A stretch of DNA of 64,000 bases, taken from positions 30,282-94,281 of the forward strand of contig CAYMJV010000001.1 in assembly GCA_964390545.1 (NCBI GenBank). The letters run 5' to 3'. The notes beneath the pieces were generated by a model. It saw only the letters and a program-made list of their open reading frames with translations, ran no database searches and was not told the DNA's origin. Origin of the DNA: an uncultured Syntrophaceae bacterium (lineage in GTDB: Bacteria > Desulfobacterota > BSN033 > UBA1163). Both the position numbers and the translations under genes were made by a program. Of the stretch, positions 20,912-30,470 are shown in pieces (position 1 is the first letter of the stretch; every line of letters starts with the position of its first letter).

Positions 20912-22531
20912 TTATTTGGCCAAAATTCTCGTTTTTTCTGTGATTTGAGAAGAATAAGTTTCCCAACTCCACTCAAGCGGATGCCCCAAGTCTACGTAAG
21001 ACTTCATTGGAAAATTATACATTAAACGAATAATCGGCACAGTCGCAACATCTCTAAGAACTTTAATCTGGGCTTCTTTCCAGAGGGCATTCTGCTTCGC
21101 AGAATTAAGTTCCCACCTTGCCTTTTCGATAAGGTCATCAATACCAGCATAATGAGAAAAATTCGTATCAGGTTTTTTACCCGTTACGACGGTTGACTCG
21201 GAATAATAGAAACGGGTAAGAAAAACATCCACATTAGGTCGCCAGGCCGCATAATAGACGATTGGACTCGCATCTTGACGGATTAAGCTGTGGAAGGAAG
21301 AATGGTCGACGACTTTCAACTCCATATCAATTCCAACCTTTTTAAGTTGGGCCTGGATCGCAATCATTGGTTTTCTGTAACTACTCTCCATTTCGCTAAT
21401 AATGACTTCTGTTTTAAAGCCGTTGGGGTAGCCGGCTTCAGCCAGAAGTTTTTTTGCTTCCCCTATATTGTTTTCGTAGACCACCCCTGCCTTAAGCGCA
21501 TCTTCTTTGGTTAAAGCACCAGGAGAAGGGGGAGCTAGCGCCGCAGAATAAATCGGGGCGGCTAAACTTTTTCCCATAAAAGCAGCCACTTCCTCGCGGG
21601 AAATGGCATAAGAAACTGCTTTTCGAACTTTCACATCGTCAAAGGGTTTCTTTGTCATGTTGAAATAGAGCATTTGTGTTTCACAAGGACCGAAACCTTT
21701 GATGGTCACATCCTGAAAGGTCCCGACCTTTTCTACCCACTTCTCCTCTTTTAGCCCCTCGATGATTTGTAACTCCCCTGTCTGAAGTCCGAATTCTCGG
21801 GAACTGACACTGGCCATATATCGAATGACGAGTTGTTTTATAATGGGAGCCCCTCTAAAATATTTATTATTCGCCACAAGAGCTGTCTTCTGCCGGGGTT
21901 CATAGGACTCAAACATGAATGGACCTGTTCCAACTGGATGGGTTTTTGCCCACTCGTCACCCTTTTCTTCAATTGCTTTCTTGGAAACAATAAATCCACC
22001 AGCATAGTTGGCAACCTTGGCTAAAAAAAGGGTTTCGGAGATCGGCCTCTCTATCGTAATTTTAACTGTATAGGGATCAACCGCTTCAAAGTCCATTCCA
22101 ACATATTCACCAGCATAGGATGAACGCTTCGGATCAGCAGCACGTTTCAAGGAATAAACAACGTCTCCAGAAGTCAGTTCATGTCCATTTGGATAACCTG
22201 GAAATGGATGAAAATAGACTCCCTTCCGAAGAGCAAAGGTCCAGACTTTACCATCTTTTGAAACTTTCCATGATTTAGCCAAATCTGGCTCAACTTTTAC
22301 TTGACTCCCAGGAGGATATCGAACAAGACCATTAAAAATCGGATCAACAGTACTTCGATCGACTGTTGTAGCTGATCGATGAGGATCAAGCGTTTGGACA
22401 TCTCCAGCATCAAAAGCAATATTTATTACTTGCTCTTTTGCTAACTTTTCAGCAGCTCCTACACCAATAACGTTGATGAATCCGACCATGAAAATAGCTG
22501 TCATTAAAAAAAGAAAAATTCTCTTTCTCAT
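20912..22531 (-). CDS. ABC transporter substrate-binding protein, family 5 (OppA/DppA/NikA-like), secreted
   Basis: Signal peptide plus the SBP_bac_5 signature. Its C-terminal half is homologous to the partial SBP at 1..711. RBS AAAGGAGGAGG lies before the ATG at 22531. Confidence 0.85.
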   Translation of the reverse strand: MRKRIFLFLMTAIFMVGFINVIGVGAAEKLAKEQVINIAFDAGDVQTLDPHRSATTVDRSTVDPIFNGLVRYPPGSQVKVEPDLAKSWKVSKDGKVWTFALRKGVYFHPFPGYPNGHELTSGDVVYSLKRAADPKRSSYAGEYVGMDFEAVDPYTVKITIERPISETLFLAKVANYAGGFIVSKKAIEEKGDEWAKTHPVGTGPFMFESYEPRQKTALVANNKYFRGAPIIKQLVIRYMASVSSREFGLQTGELQIIEGLKEEKWVEKVGTFQDVTIKGFGPCETQMLYFNMTKKPFDDVKVRKAVSYAISREEVAAFMGKSLAAPIYSAALAPPSPGALTKEDALKAGVVYENNIGEAKKLLAEAGYPNGFKTEVIISEMESSYRKPMIAIQAQLKKVGIDMELKVVDHSSFHSLIRQDASPIVYYAAWRPNVDVFLTRFYYSESTVVTGKKPDTNFSHYAGIDDLIEKARWELNSAKQNALWKEAQIKVLRDVATVPIIRLMYNFPMKSYVDLGHPLEWSWETYSSQITEKTRILAK

Positions 22532-22752
22532 TTTTCCTCCTCCTTTCGAAAGATAAAGTTCCCCCTCCAATTTTTCAGCACCCATCCCTTAGAAAGCCCT
22601 TCATGAAGCCTTTCAACGATTATACCTTAATGAAGGTGAATTACAAATGAAACAGATCACGAAGTTTAGTAATCCGTTGAAGGCGTAATCCCCCCGTCCC
22701 CTATAGAGGAGATCGCGCCCAACAGAATTGAACTCGTCAAAATCTGCCTCCA

Positions 22753-23652
22753 TCATTTGATGAGATTCAAACTCTTTAGGAAATCACGGGCCACTTCCTC
22801 TGCTGGCTGCTTCTTACCATCGACTGTATAGTTTAAAGTAGCCATCGTTATATCACTGATTTTCCCAGCCAACTTGTTTAGGATATCGGCCACTTGAGGA
22901 CCCTTAGCAAGGAGATCATCTCTAACGACTGGGGCAGCATAATAGGGAGGAAAGAACTTAAGATCATCCTCCAAGACAACTAAGTTGAATGCCGGGATAC
23001 GGCCATCGGTTGCGAACCCCGAGATCACATCCACTTGATTTTCTGCGATCGCCTTATAGACCAGTCCAGGGTCCATTCCCTTCTGGTCTTTAAATTTAAG
23101 GTCATAAAATTTTGTGAGCCCTGGGACTCCATCGGGTCTTGCCAAGAACTCAATGGTAGCTCCGAAGATGAGGTCTTTTGCATAGGGCTTCAAGTCAGAG
23201 ACCTTTTTAGCCTTCAGGCGATCTGCATCGGCTTTTCGCATCACGATGCAATAAGTATTGTTAAATCCCCAAGATTTCAGCCAAGTTAATTTAAACTTCT
23301 CCTCATACTCTTTTTTTACAATCTGGTAGGCCTCATCAGGATCTTTCACTGCCGGCTTTTTGAGAATGGCAGTTAGGCCGGTTCCGGTATACTCAACGTA
23401 GACATTGATATCTCCACGGACAATGGCCTCATGACATATGACTGTTCCTCCCAAACCTATCTTCCGGTCCACCTTGAAACCATTGTTCTCCATCAAAAGG
23501 GCTACCATATTTCCTACTATGGTCTGTTCTGTAAAGCCTTTTGATCCAACAATGATCACGGGTTTCTCCTGTCCCTTTGCTTCCTGAAAAAAGGCAGGAA
23601 TCAAAGCCACAAATACCACTGCCATCACTAGAACCATTCCAATTCTTCTCAT
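22753..23652 (-). CDS. Glycine betaine/choline/proline-betaine-type ABC transporter substrate-binding protein (OpuAC/ProX-like)
   Basis: Signal peptide, and the OpuAC-fold family is recognisable (VGSKGFTEQTIVGNM...YTGTG). Confidence 0.75.
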   Translation of the reverse strand: MRRIGMVLVMAVVFVALIPAFFQEAKGQEKPVIIVGSKGFTEQTIVGNMVALLMENNGFKVDRKIGLGGTVICHEAIVRGDINVYVEYTGTGLTAILKKPAVKDPDEAYQIVKKEYEEKFKLTWLKSWGFNNTYCIVMRKADADRLKAKKVSDLKPYAKDLIFGATIEFLARPDGVPGLTKFYDLKFKDQKGMDPGLVYKAIAENQVDVISGFATDGRIPAFNLVVLEDDLKFFPPYYAAPVVRDDLLAKGPQVADILNKLAGKISDITMATLNYTVDGKKQPAEEVARDFLKSLNLIK

Positions 23653-23683
23653 TTTACTCCCTCCTTTTTGTAATCGAAAACAT

Positions 23684-24319
23684 CTATTGAGTAGTAGATC
23701 CTTTTCTTAACCGCCTCTCCGCAACCCCTAAGAGCATGTCTGCACCAATGGCTAATATTGCTGTTGGTATGGACCCAGCGAGAAGAAGGTTCGTGTCTGC
23801 CATCACGATTCCTTGAAAGATCAGATCGCCTAATCCTCCGGCCCCGATCAAAGCAGCCAATGTGGCTATACTGATACTCAATACTGTCGCCGTTCTAATG
23901 CCAGCCATGATCACCGGAAAAGATAAAGGAAGCTCAACCAGGGTGAGGATCTGTCGGTCTTTCATTCCTATTCCCCTGCCTGCTTCGATGAGCGAACGAT
24001 CCACGTTTATAATCCCAGAATAGGTGTTGTTGATGATCGGAAGCACACCTCGGAGAACTAAGGCAAAAACAGCTGGTTTCAAACCAATCCCAAGAAGGGG
24101 GATCACCAGCCCGAGGATAGCAAGGCTTGGAATTGTCTGGCCAATGTTTGCTGAATTGACCACCACGTGTGCAATTTTTCGATACCGTGTGATGAGAATT
24201 CCCAGGGGGATGGCAATGACCACCGAGAGGAAAATAGCGATGGCGCTCACCTCCATGTGCCGTAGAGCAGAAAGAAGGATGACTTCCCTCTTCTCAAAAA
24301 GATAGAACAAAAACTCCAT
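23684..24319 (-). CDS. Osmoprotectant/quaternary-amine ABC transporter permease (OpuBB/OpuCB-like)
   Basis: Permease of about 210 aa with 5-6 TM segments, typical of OpuB/C permeases. Confidence 0.75.
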   Translation of the reverse strand: MEFLFYLFEKREVILLSALRHMEVSAIAIFLSVVIAIPLGILITRYRKIAHVVVNSANIGQTIPSLAILGLVIPLLGIGLKPAVFALVLRGVLPIINNTYSGIINVDRSLIEAGRGIGMKDRQILTLVELPLSFPVIMAGIRTATVLSISIATLAALIGAGGLGDLIFQGIVMADTNLLLAGSIPTAILAIGADMLLGVAERRLRKGSTTQ

Positions 24320-24363
24320 TTCACCTCCTTTCGGATTTCAATGTTTTGTCCAACCCCTTAAGA

Positions 24364-25020
24364 TTAATGGCGCAAACCTGAAGGCGTCAAAAATCTTTCT
24401 AACAGGACAAAGAAATAGTCTGTACCTATAGCGAGCAAGATAACTGGAACCGCCCCTGCAATGATCTGTTCGGTGTAAACACTGGCAATCCCTCTGAAGA
24501 TTAACCAGCCCAATCCTCCAGCTCCAATATAAGCGGCAATGGTGGCTGTACCAATGTTCATGACCGCGGCGGTTCGAATACCAGCCATGATGACCGGAAG
24601 AGCCAAGGGAAGTTCCACCATCCTTAAGAACTGCCAACTACTCATCCCCATGCCCTTTCCTGCCTCGATCACAGCCCGATCGATTTGAGTAATTCCCACA
24701 TAGGTATTCCGAATCAAAGCCAGTTGTCCGTAGAGTATTAATGCGATCACAGCCGGTTTCACCCCAATCCCGATAAAAGGAATGAGCATTCCAAAAAGGG
24801 CAAGGCTCGGGATCGTATAGATGACGCCAGCAATCCCAATCACTGGGGTCACAAGTTTTCTTATTCGTGTGATCGATATTCCAATAGCGACTCCAATGAT
24901 GGTCGAGATAATCACAGCCATCATCGCAACCTCAATATGTTCCAAAGTGAGTTTAAAGATCAATCCCAAATTCTTGATAAAGTAGTGGAGGATACTCAAG
25001 AGGCTCCCTCCTGATTCCAT
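24364..25020 (-). CDS. Osmoprotectant/quaternary-amine ABC transporter permease (second permease)
   Basis: Paralogue of the 23684..24319 product. Confidence 0.75.
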   Translation of the reverse strand: MESGGSLLSILHYFIKNLGLIFKLTLEHIEVAMMAVIISTIIGVAIGISITRIRKLVTPVIGIAGVIYTIPSLALFGMLIPFIGIGVKPAVIALILYGQLALIRNTYVGITQIDRAVIEAGKGMGMSSWQFLRMVELPLALPVIMAGIRTAAVMNIGTATIAAYIGAGGLGWLIFRGIASVYTEQIIAGAVPVILLAIGTDYFFVLLERFLTPSGLRH

Positions 25021-26132
25021 CCTTCTGAAGAGAAGAAACAGGCAAAATGGGTCATCGTCACAATTCCTTTTAGTCGTTCTTCCTCATCGACTACGGGCAA
25101 CCAAACTACCCCTTTTCTTAACATTAATTCTAAAGTCGGCCTGATCTCTTCTTCTGCTTTCACGGTAGGAATATCTTGATCCATCAATTCTTTCACACTT
25201 CCCTGGTTTCGGTCTGTGAGAAGCTCAAATCGAATCACCCCTCGAAAGACCTCATGGTCATCCACAACCAGAAGGATATCGCTCTTTCTCTCCTCCATCA
25301 CTCTTTTTGCTTCGGCAACCCCGCTTCTTTCTGTAATATGATTCAATGCTGGCACCATAATGTCTGAGATCTTCAATAGTTTCATAAGCTTTAATCCACA
25401 GTCTTTGCCCACGAAATCCTTCACAAACTCATCAGCCGGTTCTCCCATGATCTTCTTTGAGGTGTCAAATTGTACAATCTTTCCAGTTCTCATCACAGCA
25501 ATCCGATCACCCAACTTGATCGCCTCATCGATATCGTGAGTGACAAAGAGAATGGTTTTCTTGATCTTTAAGCGAAGTCTCAAAAACTCATCCTGCAATT
25601 GAGCCCTCGTAATCGGATCAAGAGCTCCGAACGGTTCATCCATCAAGATCACAGGAGGGTCTGCCGCCAATCCCCGGGCAACCCCTACCCGCTGCCTCTG
25701 GCCACCTGAAAGTTGATGAGGATAGCGATCTTTGAAAGCTGATGGTTCAAGGTCTACAAGCCTTAGAAGCTCATCGACCCGCGTCCCCTGGGTAGTGATA
25801 GACCAACCGATCAGTCGAGGAACAAGAGAAATATTCTGTGCTACTGTCATATGAGGGAAAAGACCTACGTCCTGGATCACATAACCAATGCTACGCCGAA
25901 GAGCGATCACATCGATCTTGGAGGTGTCTTTTCCATTCAAGTAGATGTTTCCATCGGTGGGCTGCTCTAAACGGTTTAAGAGTTTGATGGTCGTCGTTTT
26001 TCCGCATCCCGAAGGACCCAAGAATACGTCACATTCCCCTTCATAGATCTCGAAGCTCAAATCGTCAACGGCCTTCGTGCCCCCCGGAAAAACCTTGCTC
26101 ACTCTGTTAAATCTGATAATCGTACGAGTCAC
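24996..26132 (-). CDS. Glycine-betaine-type ABC transporter ATP-binding protein with C-terminal CBS domains (OpuAA/ProV/OpuCA-like)
   Basis: Walker [18 protein letters not shown] signature and a C-terminal CBS pair. Confidence 0.85.
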   Translation of the reverse strand: MTRTIIRFNRVSKVFPGGTKAVDDLSFEIYEGECDVFLGPSGCGKTTTIKLLNRLEQPTDGNIYLNGKDTSKIDVIALRRSIGYVIQDVGLFPHMTVAQNISLVPRLIGWSITTQGTRVDELLRLVDLEPSAFKDRYPHQLSGGQRQRVGVARGLAADPPVILMDEPFGALDPITRAQLQDEFLRLRLKIKKTILFVTHDIDEAIKLGDRIAVMRTGKIVQFDTSKKIMGEPADEFVKDFVGKDCGLKLMKLLKISDIMVPALNHITERSGVAEAKRVMEERKSDILLVVDDHEVFRGVIRFELLTDRNQGSVKELMDQDIPTVKAEEEIRPTLELMLRKGVVWLPVVDEEERLKGIVTMTHFACFFSSEGWNQEGAS

Positions 26133-26312
26133 CTGATTTGGATCCTCCAGCCTATTCTATACTAAATTTTTGATTGTTTGACAAGATTCTCATACCATTC
26201 GAGATAGAAGGAAAACAAGTATTGTTCTAAACTTGTTCGGGCAATCGATCAAAGCCAAACAGAAATTGAGCGGGCGGACTGAAAAGGAGAAAGGTGATTC
26301 GTTGTTAGGGAA

Positions 26313-27398
26313 TTAGGACGATTTACCGCTCAAGAAGTAATGTCTCAATTCTTCTAGACCCAATTCAGCCAACTTAAGGTTTTCCAGAGTGCGGCCCTTG
26401 GCATAAAAATCAGTATCATTGACCACTGAAGCAAGGTGAATCATCGCCTCATAGGTGGGCACCGATATCCCTGCTTTCCGAGCTAACGAAACTGTGAGAC
26501 AGGCTCCCATCGGTATATCTTCTGTGACATAGCGATCTTGCATGCTAAAGGGTCCTTGGCTTGAGGCTATCGCGAATTGTTCCACGGTCATGTTGAAAGA
26601 ATCCCAAAAAATCTGGTCATAGGTATAAGGCTGATACCCAAATGCTTTAAATAGGGCTGACCGCTCCTTATCCATGCTGTAAATGACCTTCTTCACCGAA
26701 GGCGTAAGGCCTTCTTTGTACATCCAGAATTCCCCTTTTGAGTATTCTATTCTTCCCATGTTGAGTAAGGCACCTACCGGATGGACGATGATATTGACGT
26801 TGTATAAGGCAGGTTCCAATACACTGACTGCGGGCTGAACCACATCAGCGTAAGTTCCAGACAAAGCCTTCAAGACAGACTGGGTATCTGTGGCTGGAAA
26901 GGCTGCCAATAACATCCGGGGACCATCGATCCTGTGGATGTTGACTGTTCCCGGGCCATGCAGACGACGACAGCAATACGGAAACGTCACCCCCTCCGCC
27001 AGAAAAACCCGACGATTCATGCCCATCTCATCCCATACTTTTCGAAATACGAGCGTCCCTCCACTTCCAGGCCACAATACGACGGTTTGGCCATCCGACA
27101 AATGAGGAATCAACTCCTTCGCTACCCGTTCATGTGTTAGGGCTTGTGTCGTTACCATAATCAGGTCTGCGCCCTGAACCGCTTCTGATAGATCCAAGGT
27201 TGCTAGTGCCACCTTCGCAAAACCTGTCCTTGCGATTCCAGTAACGTGAATTCCACCTTGAACAATAACGGGCTTTATGTTCTCAGCGTATTCCGGAAAT
27301 TCGAATAGTCGGCATCGGTGCCCTGCCAAAGTCATGTCGCCTGCCATTGCGGAACCACCATTCCCAGCTCCAATAATACAGATCTCTTTAGACCTCAT
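26313..27398 (-). CDS. NAD(P)-dependent opine dehydrogenase-family protein (octopine/nopaline DH family)
   Basis: N-terminal Rossmann motif ICIIGAGNGGSAMAG and overall Octopine_DH architecture. RBS GGGAGG lies before the ATG at 27398. Confidence 0.6.
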   Translation of the reverse strand: MRSKEICIIGAGNGGSAMAGDMTLAGHRCRLFEFPEYAENIKPVIVQGGIHVTGIARTGFAKVALATLDLSEAVQGADLIMVTTQALTHERVAKELIPHLSDGQTVVLWPGSGGTLVFRKVWDEMGMNRRVFLAEGVTFPYCCRRLHGPGTVNIHRIDGPRMLLAAFPATDTQSVLKALSGTYADVVQPAVSVLEPALYNVNIIVHPVGALLNMGRIEYSKGEFWMYKEGLTPSVKKVIYSMDKERSALFKAFGYQPYTYDQIFWDSFNMTVEQFAIASSQGPFSMQDRYVTEDIPMGACLTVSLARKAGISVPTYEAMIHLASVVNDTDFYAKGRTLENLKLAELGLEELRHYFLSGKSS

Positions 27399-27557
27399 CT
27401 TTTCCTCCCTACTAGATAAATAAAGACTGCCCGACAAATTTTCTAAATCTTAACAATTTGAATCTTGTTCGGCAACTTCTTAGATAGTGGGGATAAAACC
27501 ATTTTCATTCTAACTAAATTGTGTTATGTAGACTTTATTATTTGGGAGATATCATCT

Positions 27558-28889
27558 ATGAAACATTTCTTTGATGCCTACCGACAAAAAACGCCCCTTT
27601 CAGAAAATCTCTTTAAGCGTTCCAGGGAAGTGATGCCAGGAGGAGTATCTCACAATTTTCATTACTTTCCGCCCTACCCCTTCTTTGTAAAAAAAGGAAA
27701 GGGATCTAAGATCTGGGATGTGGATGGAAATGAATATGTGGACCTCTGGATGGGCCATTATACGCATATTCTGGGCCATCACCCCGATGTCATTGTCGAA
27801 GCGGTCCAACGGCAGGCGAAAGAAGGAATCCATTGGGGTATTGTTTTTGAGAAACAGGTAGCGTGGGCAGAACTCATTCGGGATCTCGTTCCCTGTGCAG
27901 AAATGGTCCGTTTCTGTTGTTCCGGGACAGAAGCAACAATGTATGCCGTGCGCCTCGCGCGTGCCTTCACAGGCAAGAAAATCATATTAAAGATGGCTGG
28001 TGGATGGCATGGAGCCAGTTCAGACCTCTCCTTAGGGATTAAGATGCCCTATGATAAGGAAGAGAGCCTCGGTCTTTTTCCCGAACTTCAGCAGAATACA
28101 AAAGTGATCTATTTCAATGATATCCAAAAGTCCCTCGAGGTCATTCAACAAACCAAGAAGAACCTGGCGGGTATTATTCTTGAACCTGCCATGGGCGAAG
28201 GGGGATTTGTTCCCGCAACGAACGACTATCTGAAAATGCTGCGTTCCGAGACAGAAAGACTGGGCGCGCTTCTCATCTTTGATGAAGTCATTACGGGATT
28301 TCGAGTCGCCCTGGGTGGAGCCCAGGAAAGATTTGGCATTCTCCCAGACTTAACCACCTTGGGAAAGATTACGGGTGGAGGATTTCCCGTTGGCGCGCTG
28401 GTTGGAAAAAGGGAGATCCTCGAAAAAACCTCCCCCGAATTAAAAGGCAACAAGTGGGAAAGAATTCTGATCGGCGGCGGTACATTCTCTTCGCATCCTT
28501 TTACGGCAGCAGCAGGATTGGCAATGTTAGGATATTTAAAGGATCATGCGGAAGAGGTTTATCCCGCTTTAGAAGCCCAAGGGGAGAAAGTACGAAAGGG
28601 GGTTCAAGAGAGTCTCCTTCGGGAAGGGGTCGATGCTGTTGTCACGGGAATCGGTTCACTCTTCCAGACCCATTTCCCTTTACAAAAAAAGGTGGCACTG
28701 AATTCTCCCCATTCAATCAACCAACTCACCGATGTAGAGAAAAGAGAAGTTGAATTTCGCATCAGAATGTTGACCAAAGGTGTCCATGTGATGCACGGCG
28801 GTGGCGGACTGTCGATTGCTCACTCGGATAAGGATATTGAGAAGATCATTGAAACAGCGAGGGAAGTAGCAAGAGAAATGAAAGGTTAA
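27558..28889 (+). CDS. Class III (PLP) aminotransferase, glutamate-1-semialdehyde aminomutase-like
   Basis: HemL-like class III fold motifs (SGTEATM, FDEVITGFR, PLP Lys region LTTLGKITGGG). Confidence 0.75.
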   Translation: MKHFFDAYRQKTPLSENLFKRSREVMPGGVSHNFHYFPPYPFFVKKGKGSKIWDVDGNEYVDLWMGHYTHILGHHPDVIVEAVQRQAKEGIHWGIVFEKQVAWAELIRDLVPCAEMVRFCCSGTEATMYAVRLARAFTGKKIILKMAGGWHGASSDLSLGIKMPYDKEESLGLFPELQQNTKVIYFNDIQKSLEVIQQTKKNLAGIILEPAMGEGGFVPATNDYLKMLRSETERLGALLIFDEVITGFRVALGGAQERFGILPDLTTLGKITGGGFPVGALVGKREILEKTSPELKGNKWERILIGGGTFSSHPFTAAAGLAMLGYLKDHAEEVYPALEAQGEKVRKGVQESLLREGVDAVVTGIGSLFQTHFPLQKKVALNSPHSINQLTDVEKREVEFRIRMLTKGVHVMHGGGGLSIAHSDKDIEKIIETAREVAREMKG

Positions 28890-28953
28890 GGTTGAGGGTA
28901 AGGTTAAGGGTTTGAAGCAAAGAGGAGGTTTTAATTTAAAGAGACGTACGGCC

Positions 28954-29607
28954 ATGGCGAAGGAGACTGAAAACATCGGTGTAATTGTCGTCGATGTCCA
29001 GGGCGACTTCACAAGATTCAAAAACGGCTCCTTGGCTGTGGAGGGGACGGACGAGGCCTTTGTCAAGTCAGTGGAAGAGAATACGAAGAAGTTGAAATCA
29101 GCGGGTTTCCCGGTTTATGCCACCCAGGACTGGCATCCCGCGAATCATGCTTCTTTCTTTGCCAACCATAAAGGGAAAAAGGCCTTTGATGTCATTAAGC
29201 TTCACGGAAAGGATCAGGTCCTCTGGCCCCCTCACTGCGTTCAGAAAACTCCTGGAGCAGAGGTTTTGTTGGATAACAAATTATTCAAGGCCGTCGTGAA
29301 AAAGGGAATGGATCCGCAGTATGATAGTTATTCTGGTTTCCAGGATGATGGTGGCAAAAAGACCGAGATGGACGGTATTCTTAAAAAAGATGGAATCAAA
29401 AAAGTGGTCGTCTATGGAATTGCCACTGATTACTGTGTGAGGGCTACTGCAATGGATGCCGCTGCAGCAGGTTACAAGGTCATCATGATTAAGAATTTGA
29501 GCCGTGGAGTGGCACCTGAGACTTCTCAAAAAGCCGTCGACGAGATGAAAGCCAAAGGGGTCGTTATCCTCGACGATCTGGATCTACAAAAGATCAAAAC
29601 CAATTAG
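28954..29607 (+). CDS. pncA: Nicotinamidase/pyrazinamidase (PncA-like isochorismatase-family hydrolase)
   Basis: VVDVQGDF, TQDWHPANHASF, LWPPHCVQ and catalytic IATDYCV match PncA closely. Start is uncertain because the RBS is weak. Confidence 0.7.
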   Translation: MAKETENIGVIVVDVQGDFTRFKNGSLAVEGTDEAFVKSVEENTKKLKSAGFPVYATQDWHPANHASFFANHKGKKAFDVIKLHGKDQVLWPPHCVQKTPGAEVLLDNKLFKAVVKKGMDPQYDSYSGFQDDGGKKTEMDGILKKDGIKKVVVYGIATDYCVRATAMDAAAAGYKVIMIKNLSRGVAPETSQKAVDEMKAKGVVILDDLDLQKIKTN

Positions 29608-29921
29608 ATTCCCACAATAAGGGGATTTTCATATTTCTATATCCTATAGAAATGTGAGCGGCCCCTTATTGTGCTAGCAAGTCATGGGAGCATCTTATAG
29701 ACGAGGGTATGCACTCCGAAATTGCCCGCCTGATCAACAGCCAGAACCTGAAGCTTCACTTCTTCGAAACCTGCTGGAGGGAAAGTCTTACATTGAAATA
29801 AGGTCGGTTGTCCTGCATAGGTGAGTTTGAATTTACCTAAAATCTGATCTCCATGAATCCATTGTCCCCATATCTCCAACTTATTTGAATCCCAGAGACC
29901 TCCGGGAGTGAACGGGCATCC

Positions 29922-30470
29922 TCAGAGCATTCGGACTTCTGCCTTTATCGTTAATTCCTCTCCCTTTTTTAGAACCTCTTTAGGAGAAGGATTCAAAATA
30001 TGAACAATCAATCCATCCAGTTCAATGATCACCCCTTCACCCAGGATATGCTTTCCAGGGATGAGGGTGAGGGTCTTTGACCCTTTTTGAATCGACTGGG
30101 GATAGGCAAGAGGAGCCTCGGTATAAATCTCAATCTGAGTGGGTCGGTCTAAGGGAATCTCGGCCTGGAAAGAGGCCGCGCCTGAAGTCCCATATATCGT
30201 CTCCCCTCTTTGCCGGGGCCGAACCATGATTCTTTCGGTATCGCCCGTTCCTCCCTCCTGTTTGCCCTGAGCAAGGATCTCTCCAGTCTCGAGATTCCTA
30301 ATTCGAACAAAGGCACCCCCTACGCCTGAACCAATAACTTTGGAATCCTTTGCAACCACTCGGACAATAATTTTTGTCGGAACCTTTTCAGCAGAATAAG
30401 ATGGGGATGTGAATAGAAAGATGATATGAGCTAAAATGAGAAAGAACGGCACAAATCTTCGGATTGTCAT
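29922..30470 (-). CDS. Secreted hypothetical protein (signal peptide, Gly/Ser/Thr-rich)
   Basis: ORF with an N-terminal signal sequence. No recognisable family. Confidence 0.5.
   Translation of the reverse strand: MTIRRFVPFFLILAHIIFLFTSPSYSAEKVPTKIIVRVVAKDSKVIGSGVGGAFVRIRNLETGEILAQGKQEGGTGDTERIMVRPRQRGETIYGTSGAASFQAEIPLDRPTQIEIYTEAPLAYPQSIQKGSKTLTLIPGKHILGEGVIIELDGLIVHILNPSPKEVLKKGEELTIKAEVRML

Noticed and set aside
26313-29607. Staphylopine/pseudopaline-type (Cnt) metallophore locus
   Set aside because: An opine dehydrogenase plus family-5 SBP is reminiscent of it. But no nicotianamine-synthase-like (CntL) or histidine-racemase (CntK) genes are present, and the adjacent genes are betaine-transport and MttB-type, so the resemblance is considered superficial.
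29682-29879. 65-aa minus-strand ORF between the nicotinamidase gene and the secreted-protein gene
   Set aside because: No RBS, no recognisable motif, and it lies within a repeat-containing spacer. Not called, though a small protein cannot be excluded.
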